A stretch of DNA of 62,465 nt from positions 1 through 62,465 of the forward strand of contig JBDRLW010000025.1 of assembly GCA_043812655.1 (NCBI GenBank). Reading direction: 5' to 3'. Position numbers and translations under genes: made by a program. Shown here in pieces: positions 9,771 to 19,278 of this stretch (the stretch's first letter is position 1; every line of letters begins with the position of its first letter). The notes beneath the pieces were generated by a model. The model made no database searches. It was not told the DNA's origin and saw only the letters and a list, made by a program, of their open reading frames with translations. This stretch comes from a bacterium. Lineage in GTDB: Bacteria > Margulisbacteria > WOR-1 > O2-12-FULL-45-9 > XYB2-FULL-48-7.

Positions 9771-12700
9771 ATGGGCGGAAGAATTTCAAATATTTATCAT
9801 CGCGTCGCACAGAGGGTCTGTCATCCTCTAAGAAAACCTGCAAGTAACCCCGTAAAACCATCGTTAAGCTTAACAACCGTTAACCCTGCCCAGCCAATTC
9901 AAGCAAGTCTTTTATCATCAATCGCTTCGGTCTCAGCCCGAGATATTATCGGTAAAATTAAAACTTCAGTTTCCGCTTTCAGGTTTCCAACCGTGACTGG
10001 CGAAAGCGAAACGACCAGCCATAATGTCCGTTCACTTATGTATGGAGCTGCCGCCTTAGGCTCCATTCTCTGCCTTTCTGCCTGCGGTTCGGTTCCAGAA
10101 GCAAGTGCATTAATATCTACTGCTTCCTCGGCCGCGGCTGAACTTGGAACGGAAAAAATGGCCGAATTCATTGACTTGGTAGCTAAACATATTACCGAAT
10201 TTGGTTTGGCTTTGGCAGGTACCGCCTTCGTCTGCAAAGGCATAACTAAAAAGTTTGCCCCGTTTGGTTGCAACGCCTATAACAAGGTCGATAGTTTTTG
10301 GGCCTTTGCCATGGTCCTGCCGATAATTATCAGCACCGGTTATTTTTCGGCCATCGTCAACGGTTATACTTCTCATCTTAGCCTTAATCCCCTGGCTCAA
10401 GGAACGATCGAGATCTCCCGCTATCTTGCCGGCGCGATCGAAACAATTGGAGTAGCGCTTGATGATTTTGCCAACATTTACCAGAAAGTTAAAGATAACA
10501 TCTTGTTTGTCACCTGGCCGCTGATCGCCGCCGGGATCCATGAAGGCGCTTATCAATTAGCCACAAAAGTTTTCGACAAAAGCTTACCCGACCATCCTTA
10601 TTTTTTCCCTTACAGCCCAAACACCCCTTCTTTCGTTAGCCGGGCCGAAGAAAAATTTTATAGTTTTCTCCGAACCTTTAACCATTACCGCCGCCACATC
10701 TGGCTCGGCGGCGTTTTTGCCAACCAATCGATGGCTTTTGCCGTTACCCATGCTGTCCATCCTTCCACTGTTTTTTCTGGGCTGGGTGTCACGCTCTTCC
10801 TGCGCCATCTCCTTAACCGGGAACAATCATTCCAGCCTTACACCTACTTTACCCGGCCGCTAAAGCTTTTTGCCACCTACAGCATCTTTGCCTACTCCTG
10901 GGTAGTCTATGCCCTATGCTATTACACTTGGAACATCGAATCGGACGCTGGCTTGGCCCTTAATAAATTGAGTACTGATACAACTGCTTTTTTGCTTGAT
11001 GCTTCTATCGGCTACTTAGCGGTTGACACTTTTAAAGAAATGAGGGCAGCAGTAGCCAGCCGCACCCATAGGACAGAATACGGTTCCAAGTCCGACCTGC
11101 AAAATGAAGCCATAACAAGAAAAGCAGAAGCCTTCTCATTCCGAGCCATGTTTGTTTACTTAACCAGCATGCTACCGGGTATCGTGACCGCTTTGCCAAG
11201 CGTTGATCTGATCTCCAGCCAACCAGGGGTTGCGGCCGGTAAGGTACTCGGCGTCGGCTTGACTACCTGGTTCGTCGGCAAATATTGGCTGTCAAACTTA
11301 CACAATCTTTTCCAGGCCGATGGTTCGGCGGAAAACGTCCACCGCTCGGTCAGCGCGCCGCAATCACCGCTAGCCGATGATACTTTTATTGAGCTTTTTT
11401 CCCGCGACGGTATTCCCATAGCCGGGTTCAACCCGTCAAAGGGGCCAACGCCAACAAATATCGGTATTGTTTATAAATTACTTTTAAATCCTTACACCTT
11501 TGTCCAGAGCCTTTCCTGCTACGAATCGCATGCCGCCAATACCTTGGGCGGTGCCCAGGAATTACGGGCCGCGCTGGCATACTTTGCCAAATGCAATGAA
11601 ATTGGTAAAGGCATTTTTGGCAATTTCCACCAGGTTTACCTAAACCTCCTTAATAATCAAGTTGATGAACAAGCGACCATGGCACAACTGGCCGACACGC
11701 TGACCGCGCTGGGCGAAAAATACTGTGATGAAAAAATGGCTGACAGTTATATCGCCATGGTCAGAAAATGGCGGGAAGAAGACAAAGCGCGGCAAACCAA
11801 TAACATTCATTACTTTGACGCTGAACTACCCATTCCCTATCTGGATGAACTAAACCAAGCCCTGCGGATCCGCGGCTTGACCTTCCTCGCCACCGCCGAT
11901 AATATCCGGCAAAATTTGGCAAAGGGCAATGTTGCCGATCGGGCAGAGCTCTTAAAAGATCTCCTCTACTATATGCAGTCGTTCGATGTCCCGGTGGAGA
12001 TCAACGCCCGCCACATGGTTTTCCAAGACGACCGCTTATACAATAAGATCGTTAACCTGGCCAACGCCCATACTTACCACGGCGACACGATCTATGAAGT
12101 CTGGCTGGTCAACAATGAAGACCTGATCAATCCGCAATTCCAGTACAATATGATCCCGAGCCGCTGGATCAGGATCAAAAATCCGTATTACACCTATAAT
12201 GACGCCAAAGAGACCGACCCGGCCAAAAAGCATAAATACATCTGGATCGACCGTTCCTATTTTGAACATGAATTAAAATATTCCCAATCCTGGTCAGACA
12301 TCATCAAAGATGTTGATAACACGCCGCTCCATGGCGAGCTGGGCGGCGAATTCGTTGAAGGCTTCCATCTCCCCTGGAGACATGGCACAGATACTGTCCG
12401 GATTTTTGCCACCAGTTCCGAAGCACCCCTGCCAGCCAAGCGCTTAACACTGCGAGAAGGGCAAGAACATGCCTTGGATAGCTTCCACACCTGCTTCTGC
12501 GGACAGGCAACTCCCCCTTCCGAAGAATTTAAAAACTCGTTCCGCGCTTGGGCCAAAGACTTTGGCTTAAAAAGCCATAAATTTAAACATCAGGAAAAAG
12601 AAAAGACCGTTACTTATGACCAATGGTTGGCTACGGTCGCCGCTGAAGAGAAGAAGGATCCGAAAGATCTCTTCTGGATCAAAGAAAAACCAGGGATGAT

Positions 12701-15044
12701 CTGCTTCCTCGGGAAAACTTCGGGCGCCGACAGCGGCGTTGACACGATCGACGAAGAACATGTCCCGGTCAACTATAAGCTAGCCGCCAAAGTTGTTTTT
12801 GACCGGGTTTATAACCGGACCGTCACGGTAACTTATAACCACACGATCAAACGGCGGCTAAAAATCCCGGCCGGCGCGGCATCATTGGGAACACCTACGA
12901 CCATGCAGCATGTTCAAGCAAAATTCCTGCTTAAAGTGAAACTAGATATGGATAAAGTCCAAGCTCAGCCCTGGTATTCAAGCCTTGACGACAAACAAAA
13001 AGCTAGTATCAATGAAGACATCATTGTCCCGCTCGATATGAACCATCTTCGTATCCCGGGAGATGGTAATCCCCTAGGAGTCCCCGCTTGGAAAAATGTT
13101 ATTGGTATTGAGGTCAGGGAATTCAACAATAGAAATTACATGTATGTTAAATATCGGGCCAATGATCTTAGTTCAAAAGAAGTAATTGAAGACGCGGAAG
13201 TAAAAGTCCTGGAGCTTCCGTACCTGCCGCATCTCCCTAACCCTGACCTGATCGAAAAAATTGAAGTAGACAGCTTCCCCAAGATCACCGGGCTCGAATA
13301 TTTTATGCGCTTTGGTTACGAATTGCCAAAAGATGTCCCGCTCTTCGTCGCTGAACGCTTTATCCATATCCCGCTCCGCTGGTTCAGCGCCGATTGGCTG
13401 CCACCGGAGTGGCTAACGATCCCTAACTTAGCCAGGAATTTACTCTCCCCGCAGAAAGACCACTTGATGGACCTGTGGCTCAACCTGATACCCGATGACG
13501 GCATCCGTCAAGTTGAAGGTGGAAAATATTATGAGATCGAAAATTATTATCCGACCACTGTCGGTTATCCGATCGCTCCCGGCTGGCTGCCGGAACACGA
13601 TCTCCAGGTTTTGCGCGAAGAATATGCCCACACCGGCTTTGCCACCGGTAGGCAAATCTATACAGAAGAGATACCAGGGACTCCTTTTTATTACTGGTCA
13701 CCGATCAAGGGACAATTAGAAGAGACTCAACCGGCCACCAGCAAAACCCCAGTTAATCGAGTTCAAAAAACAAAGCGCAACCTATTATGCAAAGACACCG
13801 GCTTAGCCTGCGCCCAACTTATGCAAAAAGACACGGATGACGGCTTGCTCAAACCTGTGCCGTCAGAGATCCCTCCAGTCATTCCCTTTACACCGCCGCG
13901 CGATTGGGTCCGGCAAGTTTTAATGGACCCGCAAAACGCCCGCTATGTGGTCGAAATAAGGTTCAACTATAAAGGGAAACTGGAAATAATCAGCGGCCGC
14001 AAATACAAGCGCGATCGAACTGGACCAAAAAAACACCGTTACCATCTTGACCGCTTTGCCTCCCTTGGACATTACGCCGCCAACGCTAATGTTGCCTGGG
14101 ATACTGACTACATAAAAAGCGGCTACGTTGACGACATCACCATTGAAGAAGGAACAATCGACCAGAAAGGCCAGCCCAAAAACCCTTCCTTCTTTAAAAG
14201 GTTTTGGCAAGCGATTTCCGGCCGCAAAGAATATCGGGTAAAGATCCATTACACTAAGCCTGGAAAAGAGGGTGAATTCTACGTCCCTGGACACATTTTC
14301 CACGACGCCAATAAAAACCCGCTGCTTAATTCCTTTAAGGAAAAAGTCTCTTCGCTGGCTGATATTTACCAGAGGGATCCGGGCGAATACGGCCCAGCCA
14401 CAAAGATGGCTCGGCCAAGATTAGTCTCTTATAAAGGCCAAATCCAGTTGGAACTGACGCCGGTTGACCGGCAAGTGATGAGAGCCCCTCAAAAACTGCA
14501 AGCAGTTAAAAAGTGGGCTGATGATAACAATTTAATTCTCGCCGGCTTCCAGTTTGCCGCGCCAACTTCAGCCATGGAAGTTAACGGTAAATATTGGGTC
14601 CCGTTAACTTTAACTAAACCTATTCGCTTTTTAAATAATATGAGCCCGGTCAAGACCGATTCATATTATTTGAAGACCGAGGCCGTCCCAAACCAAGAAA
14701 CCCCAGCTTTAACCGAGCTGAAAAAACATCTTGACGCCAACCGCCGAACCCTGAAACGAGCGGCCCTTGTTCCGGTCATTAACGCTGAAGGAAAAGAAGA
14801 AATTAATGTTCGTTTCAACATTGGACAAACCACCCATCAACTGCCGGCTAGTTATTTTAGGAACAAAGAAAGAAAACAGCCGCTTGATGCCCGGGACCAC
14901 AAGCTTGACTGGTGCCGCGACGAATTAAAAAATCCTGGGACTGATAATAAATACCAAAATTGGGATATCTATTTGCGACGGTCAAAAACTGGGGTCCCTA
15001 TCCTTTGGGTCCGACCAAAAGATAAGGTAGAGGTGAAGGATTAA
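9771..15044 (+). CDS. Giant polytopic membrane protein (1757 aa); possible N-terminal half of a divergent processive GT2 (BcsA-like) synthase
   Basis: Many hydrophobic segments in aa ~90-510, then a large soluble region. Weak GT2-like motifs in the expected order: PIAGFNPSKGP, KEKPGM and NVAWDTDY (DxD). The ORF is solid; the function is tentative. Confidence 0.5.
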   Translation: MGGRISNIYHRVAQRVCHPLRKPASNPVKPSLSLTTVNPAQPIQASLLSSIASVSARDIIGKIKTSVSAFRFPTVTGESETTSHNVRSLMYGAAALGSILCLSACGSVPEASALISTASSAAAELGTEKMAEFIDLVAKHITEFGLALAGTAFVCKGITKKFAPFGCNAYNKVDSFWAFAMVLPIIISTGYFSAIVNGYTSHLSLNPLAQGTIEISRYLAGAIETIGVALDDFANIYQKVKDNILFVTWPLIAAGIHEGAYQLATKVFDKSLPDHPYFFPYSPNTPSFVSRAEEKFYSFLRTFNHYRRHIWLGGVFANQSMAFAVTHAVHPSTVFSGLGVTLFLRHLLNREQSFQPYTYFTRPLKLFATYSIFAYSWVVYALCYYTWNIESDAGLALNKLSTDTTAFLLDASIGYLAVDTFKEMRAAVASRTHRTEYGSKSDLQNEAITRKAEAFSFRAMFVYLTSMLPGIVTALPSVDLISSQPGVAAGKVLGVGLTTWFVGKYWLSNLHNLFQADGSAENVHRSVSAPQSPLADDTFIELFSRDGIPIAGFNPSKGPTPTNIGIVYKLLLNPYTFVQSLSCYESHAANTLGGAQELRAALAYFAKCNEIGKGIFGNFHQVYLNLLNNQVDEQATMAQLADTLTALGEKYCDEKMADSYIAMVRKWREEDKARQTNNIHYFDAELPIPYLDELNQALRIRGLTFLATADNIRQNLAKGNVADRAELLKDLLYYMQSFDVPVEINARHMVFQDDRLYNKIVNLANAHTYHGDTIYEVWLVNNEDLINPQFQYNMIPSRWIRIKNPYYTYNDAKETDPAKKHKYIWIDRSYFEHELKYSQSWSDIIKDVDNTPLHGELGGEFVEGFHLPWRHGTDTVRIFATSSEAPLPAKRLTLREGQEHALDSFHTCFCGQATPPSEEFKNSFRAWAKDFGLKSHKFKHQEKEKTVTYDQWLATVAAEEKKDPKDLFWIKEKPGMICFLGKTSGADSGVDTIDEEHVPVNYKLAAKVVFDRVYNRTVTVTYNHTIKRRLKIPAGAASLGTPTTMQHVQAKFLLKVKLDMDKVQAQPWYSSLDDKQKASINEDIIVPLDMNHLRIPGDGNPLGVPAWKNVIGIEVREFNNRNYMYVKYRANDLSSKEVIEDAEVKVLELPYLPHLPNPDLIEKIEVDSFPKITGLEYFMRFGYELPKDVPLFVAERFIHIPLRWFSADWLPPEWLTIPNLARNLLSPQKDHLMDLWLNLIPDDGIRQVEGGKYYEIENYYPTTVGYPIAPGWLPEHDLQVLREEYAHTGFATGRQIYTEEIPGTPFYYWSPIKGQLEETQPATSKTPVNRVQKTKRNLLCKDTGLACAQLMQKDTDDGLLKPVPSEIPPVIPFTPPRDWVRQVLMDPQNARYVVEIRFNYKGKLEIISGRKYKRDRTGPKKHRYHLDRFASLGHYAANANVAWDTDYIKSGYVDDITIEEGTIDQKGQPKNPSFFKRFWQAISGRKEYRVKIHYTKPGKEGEFYVPGHIFHDANKNPLLNSFKEKVSSLADIYQRDPGEYGPATKMARPRLVSYKGQIQLELTPVDRQVMRAPQKLQAVKKWADDNNLILAGFQFAAPTSAMEVNGKYWVPLTLTKPIRFLNNMSPVKTDSYYLKTEAVPNQETPALTELKKHLDANRRTLKRAALVPVINAEGKEEINVRFNIGQTTHQLPASYFRNKERKQPLDARDHKLDWCRDELKNPGTDNKYQNWDIYLRRSKTGVPILWVRPKDKVEVKD

Positions 15045-15047
15045 GCC

Positions 15048-18000
15048 ATGGTAAACCAAAGAATAACCCTAACCCAAAAATACGATCCAAGGTTAAAGGG
15101 GATGGACCTTAACCATCAGGTTAAAGGTGCTCCCATCTTAAAAGCTCGCGTCATCTCTCAAGCCAAAAACACGACTGGCGACGCGTTAAAACCGCACGCC
15201 CCTTTCACCAAATCTAATTTTTCCAATTCCTTTCTGCATATCGTAGCCAGGCAAACATTGATGTTCCTCGCTTCTAATCCGACGATGATGGCAACCGCCA
15301 TCCGCGACTCCTTCTTTTACGGGCTCGGCAATGGCGCGGTTTCCGACCGGCCGGAAAATTGGCGAGAATTCAAAGACGCCGACAAGAAATTAGACAAGTT
15401 AAACCAGGTCCTGATCAAACGTAACCTTCCCTCCCTAAAAAAAATGTTTGGTTTTGATCCCAGGGTCTTTTTTAATCCTAGCCTGCAAGCCGGCAACTCC
15501 GATGTTTATGACGAAAACGGCAAGCCGTGTTCCGCGACCATTGAGAATGGGACGAGGTATTTTGGCTTATGGGAAACTATTTTTGGCGTGGCCGACACCC
15601 AAGAATACGAAGACGGCAAGGCCGGCGGAGTAGAAAGGGTTTCTTACTACCCCCGCCTGCAAAAGATCGTTAACTTCTGCCGGTTTATCGGTTTCGTCCA
15701 AGCCGTTGGTGAAGACGAAGAATTAAAACAAGCGGTTGCCCTGGCTCTCGGCGCCTGGCTGGCTTATGCCGCCGGCGAAGACCCGTCGATCGCCGCGCAG
15801 GAACCGAGCAAAGGGTCGATCATCCTGCAAGACGACATTAAATATCCAGCGACGACCGACCTGACCTGGCCAGCGCTCCGCCGAGTTTTGGATGAAGTCG
15901 GCGAGGGCCGGTTGACCGATGAGAAAGAAATCTCTTATACTGTCCGGCACGCCACCAGGCTAATGGCCCAAGCCAGCTGGTATTTTATCGGCGAGGCGGA
16001 ATCACAACGGCTTAAAGCGCCTCCTATTTATCTTTTGGGCCTCTCTTACCTTATTACCATGCCGGTTGACCGGCAGGTTTTCGTTAAATTGTTCCTTATG
16101 TACATTACTACTTCCGTTATCCATCACGTTAAATTCACCCGGGTGAAACAATTGTTCGGCTTTATTACCGCCATGTTCCATTCACCCGCCATTAATACCT
16201 CGCACATGCCGGAATCTATGAAAGGGATGAGCGCCATGTTCCACGAAAAATGGGAATTTGGCCCGTTCAAAGCTTCCCGTGAAGGTAAAGGCAAAGGAAC
16301 GCCACCAGTCCAAAGCAAAAACCTGATAAACCTTTACATGACTTATGACAGCTTGGCTTTTCTCACCGGGCTAACCTCTCTCGCCACTGGTTTACCGGTC
16401 GGGGAATGGCAGACCCAAACCGGCCTCATGATCAATGTTTTTTGGCAAGCTTATTCCGGCGGTTTAACTATCCATGCCCACAACTGGCAGAAACGGTTTG
16501 AACAGTATGAAGAGTTTGCCGTCAACTGCAAAGACAAACTCCCCCTCTTTGTCCCGCCAGCCTTTCCAGAGGGTTCTAAACCAAGCGAAGAAGCGCTGAT
16601 CAGGCTAAGGATCCAAGCCCTGGAAGCGCTGGCCCAAACCGATAAGGCGGTAAAAGATTTTAGGAAAAATGCCAACTTGCCAAAAGGTTATAAAGACTTT
16701 TTTGCCGGCGATTATCGGCAAGCGATCTTGCGCTACCTTGCCCACGTTGACACAGGAATATTGGCCCTGGGACGCTGCCGCTTAGCCGAGGCGGATATAA
16801 ATAAAGCAACCCGCGATGAAAATTTAGCGCGCGGTTTGGTCTTGGTCCAAATGGTCCAAGAGACAACCCCAGGCTATTCGGTCAGCTCCACTGCCGACAT
16901 GATCATGGCAAGCGTTAAGATCGACGCCACTGACGCCAGCAAGCACGACACCAAGATAGTTGCCGCCGCCCAAGAAAATCTGCGGGAAGAATACAAACAA
17001 TATTACCTCCAATACCACGGTTGGATCATGCCCAAACAATTATCTGAAGCAAACATTGGTCCAGAGACAGTAAAAAAACTGCTGTCCAACAACATTCTCT
17101 CAAAAAGCAGAGGTCTTTTATTTACCGAAGCACTGCATTACTCATTTACGCCAGAAAGCATTAATCTCACTGCAACCGAATTAAAGATCAACCTAATCAA
17201 TTTGGGGGCTAGCCAAGCCGAGATCGCTATGCTTGCCGATCTCCATGAAACCCACCAAGCCAACCAACAAGTCCGGTTAACCGAGCAAGTTGGCCACTTT
17301 TCTTCCAATTATCATTCTTGCGGCAATTCGCTAATTAAAAACCAGCTCGAACAAAACTTTAGGAATAGTTTACAGCGGGCAGGGATCCAAGAGGAAGAAA
17401 TAAATATTTTCACAAAAACGATCAAAGAGAATAAAGGTCAAGCGGCAATAGCGCTCGCCCTACTCGCTGTCGCCGCGCCAAATAAAGACTTTAATTACCT
17501 GGCCAGAATCGCTTTAAAAACTCTGGCCAAACAATCCCCGGCTGTGATCAAAGAAACCATTACTCAACTAGAAAGCGAGGTACAGGCCGCGACTAAAGCC
17601 ACCACCAAGATCAAAGGGATCCTCGCCAAGCTAATTAATCAATTAACATACATTGAAGCAAACCTCGCCACCACCCTAGAATCGCGGCGGATCACCCTCA
17701 TCAAGACCGAAGCAGTTAAAACAGCCAAAGCGACCCTCAAAGCAGAAATCGCGAAGGTGGCTAATGGTGGTAAGGATCTTAAGGAGTTTGAGGATAACCA
17801 TAAGGCGATCGATGGCCTTGTTTTTGCCGCTATAAAAGTGCTCAACCCCACCACCGCCAAACCTGGCGAAATAGCTTTATCGGAAGATGACTTCCAGTCT
17901 CTCGCCAACGATCTGCAAGGAAAGATCAGCAATAATATACACAATCTTTATACCAGTATCAGCACCGCTAACTCTTCATTAGACAAAATAACGCTCTCTT

Positions 18001-19232
18001 CGCTAGGTAAAGCAGGCACAGCCGCGCCAGTTCTTTTACAAGGGCTGATAGCCGCTGGCTACATTGACAGCAATGGGGTTTTGCAACCAAAGTTTGATGG
18101 AGACAAAAAGACATTTCGGTTTGACATCGGGGGAGCAAAACAAGTTGGGCTGACCGTTGAGAAAAAAGCTTTTGACCTCTTTGGCAATCAAAAAGACGAA
18201 ATATTTTCTGCCTTAGAAAAAGCTAAATATCTCAATGAAAAAGGCGGGCTACAAGCTGGTTTCGACGGCAATAAAGCAAAATTCAAATTAGAAGGCTTTG
18301 ATCAAAAAACAACTGAGACTGTTTTCAATATCTTACTTAATGCTCACCAAGCAAATTTAGCTTTTAATGTTTTGCAACTTTTTACGGCTAAATCACAGCT
18401 TGACGCCCTCAACAATTGGAAAAAGTTGTTTGCTCAATTATTAATAGTTAAACATGAGAAAGCAGAGATCCGCAACCTCACGACTATACATGAAAAGATC
18501 CTTGGTTATGTGGCTTTCCCGCTGGCTGCGGCAGCCTTATCGCCGTTAACTTTTGCCTATCATTTGGTAAAAGGCGCATATCATTTAAGCGGTTGGGAAA
18601 TGCTTGGCTCGTTTCTCTCGCCGGTTCTGACCTACTACTGGATCTATGACATGATCTTGCCATTTAATTACCATCAAATTGAAAATATCCCCCATTCCAA
18701 AGCTTTCAACGCGGAATATGACCCGCAAATTGAAGAAGTGGAGACAGCTAAAACGATCGCCATTGATAAGATCGCTGACAAACTTATTAAAGACCTGACC
18801 GATAACGCCTATGACCCGCTAGACCCAAGCTCCCCAGCCAGCCAAGCATTCAAGAAAGCCCTGCGCGCGACCTACGAAGGCGGCTACAAAATAGTTTATG
18901 CATATTTAAATGCTCATCCTGAAATCCTGGACAAGATCATCGTCCCTTTTACCCAAAAAATAAAGGGGGCGATAGACAGCTACAATGCAGCTAATAATAC
19001 TGCCCCGGCTGAAGAGGGCAAAAATATTATTGAAGCTTTACAAGTGATCAATGAACAGATCAAAGCCTCTGCCCGGCTCGGGTTTTCCATCCGCGGAGCC
19101 CAACCGGTCGCTGACGCTATTAGTGGCTTCAAAGACTTGCTTGAACACCTGAAAAACAGTGATCAAGCCGCTTTCTCGGCCCAGGTCGAACCACATCGCC
19201 AAGTTCTGACTGACGCCGGAATAGAGATTTAA
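15048..19232 (+). CDS. Large membrane protein (1394 aa); N-terminus resembles the C-terminal half of a BcsA-like GT2 synthase, followed by a helical extension
   Basis: VARQTLMF (cf. VQTPQxF), DSFFYG, VFFNPSLQAG...ENGTRYFGLWE (cf. Y..LAxG...QRxRW..G..E), TM segments, FKASREG (cf. FxVTxK) and INVFWQAY. SD GAGGTGAAGGA. In frame with the upstream ORF. Confidence 0.5.
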   Translation: MVNQRITLTQKYDPRLKGMDLNHQVKGAPILKARVISQAKNTTGDALKPHAPFTKSNFSNSFLHIVARQTLMFLASNPTMMATAIRDSFFYGLGNGAVSDRPENWREFKDADKKLDKLNQVLIKRNLPSLKKMFGFDPRVFFNPSLQAGNSDVYDENGKPCSATIENGTRYFGLWETIFGVADTQEYEDGKAGGVERVSYYPRLQKIVNFCRFIGFVQAVGEDEELKQAVALALGAWLAYAAGEDPSIAAQEPSKGSIILQDDIKYPATTDLTWPALRRVLDEVGEGRLTDEKEISYTVRHATRLMAQASWYFIGEAESQRLKAPPIYLLGLSYLITMPVDRQVFVKLFLMYITTSVIHHVKFTRVKQLFGFITAMFHSPAINTSHMPESMKGMSAMFHEKWEFGPFKASREGKGKGTPPVQSKNLINLYMTYDSLAFLTGLTSLATGLPVGEWQTQTGLMINVFWQAYSGGLTIHAHNWQKRFEQYEEFAVNCKDKLPLFVPPAFPEGSKPSEEALIRLRIQALEALAQTDKAVKDFRKNANLPKGYKDFFAGDYRQAILRYLAHVDTGILALGRCRLAEADINKATRDENLARGLVLVQMVQETTPGYSVSSTADMIMASVKIDATDASKHDTKIVAAAQENLREEYKQYYLQYHGWIMPKQLSEANIGPETVKKLLSNNILSKSRGLLFTEALHYSFTPESINLTATELKINLINLGASQAEIAMLADLHETHQANQQVRLTEQVGHFSSNYHSCGNSLIKNQLEQNFRNSLQRAGIQEEEINIFTKTIKENKGQAAIALALLAVAAPNKDFNYLARIALKTLAKQSPAVIKETITQLESEVQAATKATTKIKGILAKLINQLTYIEANLATTLESRRITLIKTEAVKTAKATLKAEIAKVANGGKDLKEFEDNHKAIDGLVFAAIKVLNPTTAKPGEIALSEDDFQSLANDLQGKISNNIHNLYTSISTANSSLDKITLSSLGKAGTAAPVLLQGLIAAGYIDSNGVLQPKFDGDKKTFRFDIGGAKQVGLTVEKKAFDLFGNQKDEIFSALEKAKYLNEKGGLQAGFDGNKAKFKLEGFDQKTTETVFNILLNAHQANLAFNVLQLFTAKSQLDALNNWKKLFAQLLIVKHEKAEIRNLTTIHEKILGYVAFPLAAAALSPLTFAYHLVKGAYHLSGWEMLGSFLSPVLTYYWIYDMILPFNYHQIENIPHSKAFNAEYDPQIEEVETAKTIAIDKIADKLIKDLTDNAYDPLDPSSPASQAFKKALRATYEGGYKIVYAYLNAHPEILDKIIVPFTQKIKGAIDSYNAANNTAPAEEGKNIIEALQVINEQIKASARLGFSIRGAQPVADAISGFKDLLEHLKNSDQAAFSAQVEPHRQVLTDAGIEI

Positions 19233-19260
19233 TGAAATTTACCAGGTTTTTTGCCGATAT
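19233..19260 (+). promoter_or_regulatory. Sigma-28-like promoter motif copy 3
   Basis: TGAAAT starts immediately after the upstream stop codon; GCCGATAT 19253-19260. Confidence 0.8.
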
Positions 19261-19278
19261 ATATATGGAGAGAACCAT

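Noticed and set aside
15373..15381. DAD in CDS 15048 (FKDADKK) as the GT2 DxD motif
   Set aside because: It sits in a charged helical context and in the wrong order relative to the QTP-like and FFYG-like motifs, so it is probably coincidental.
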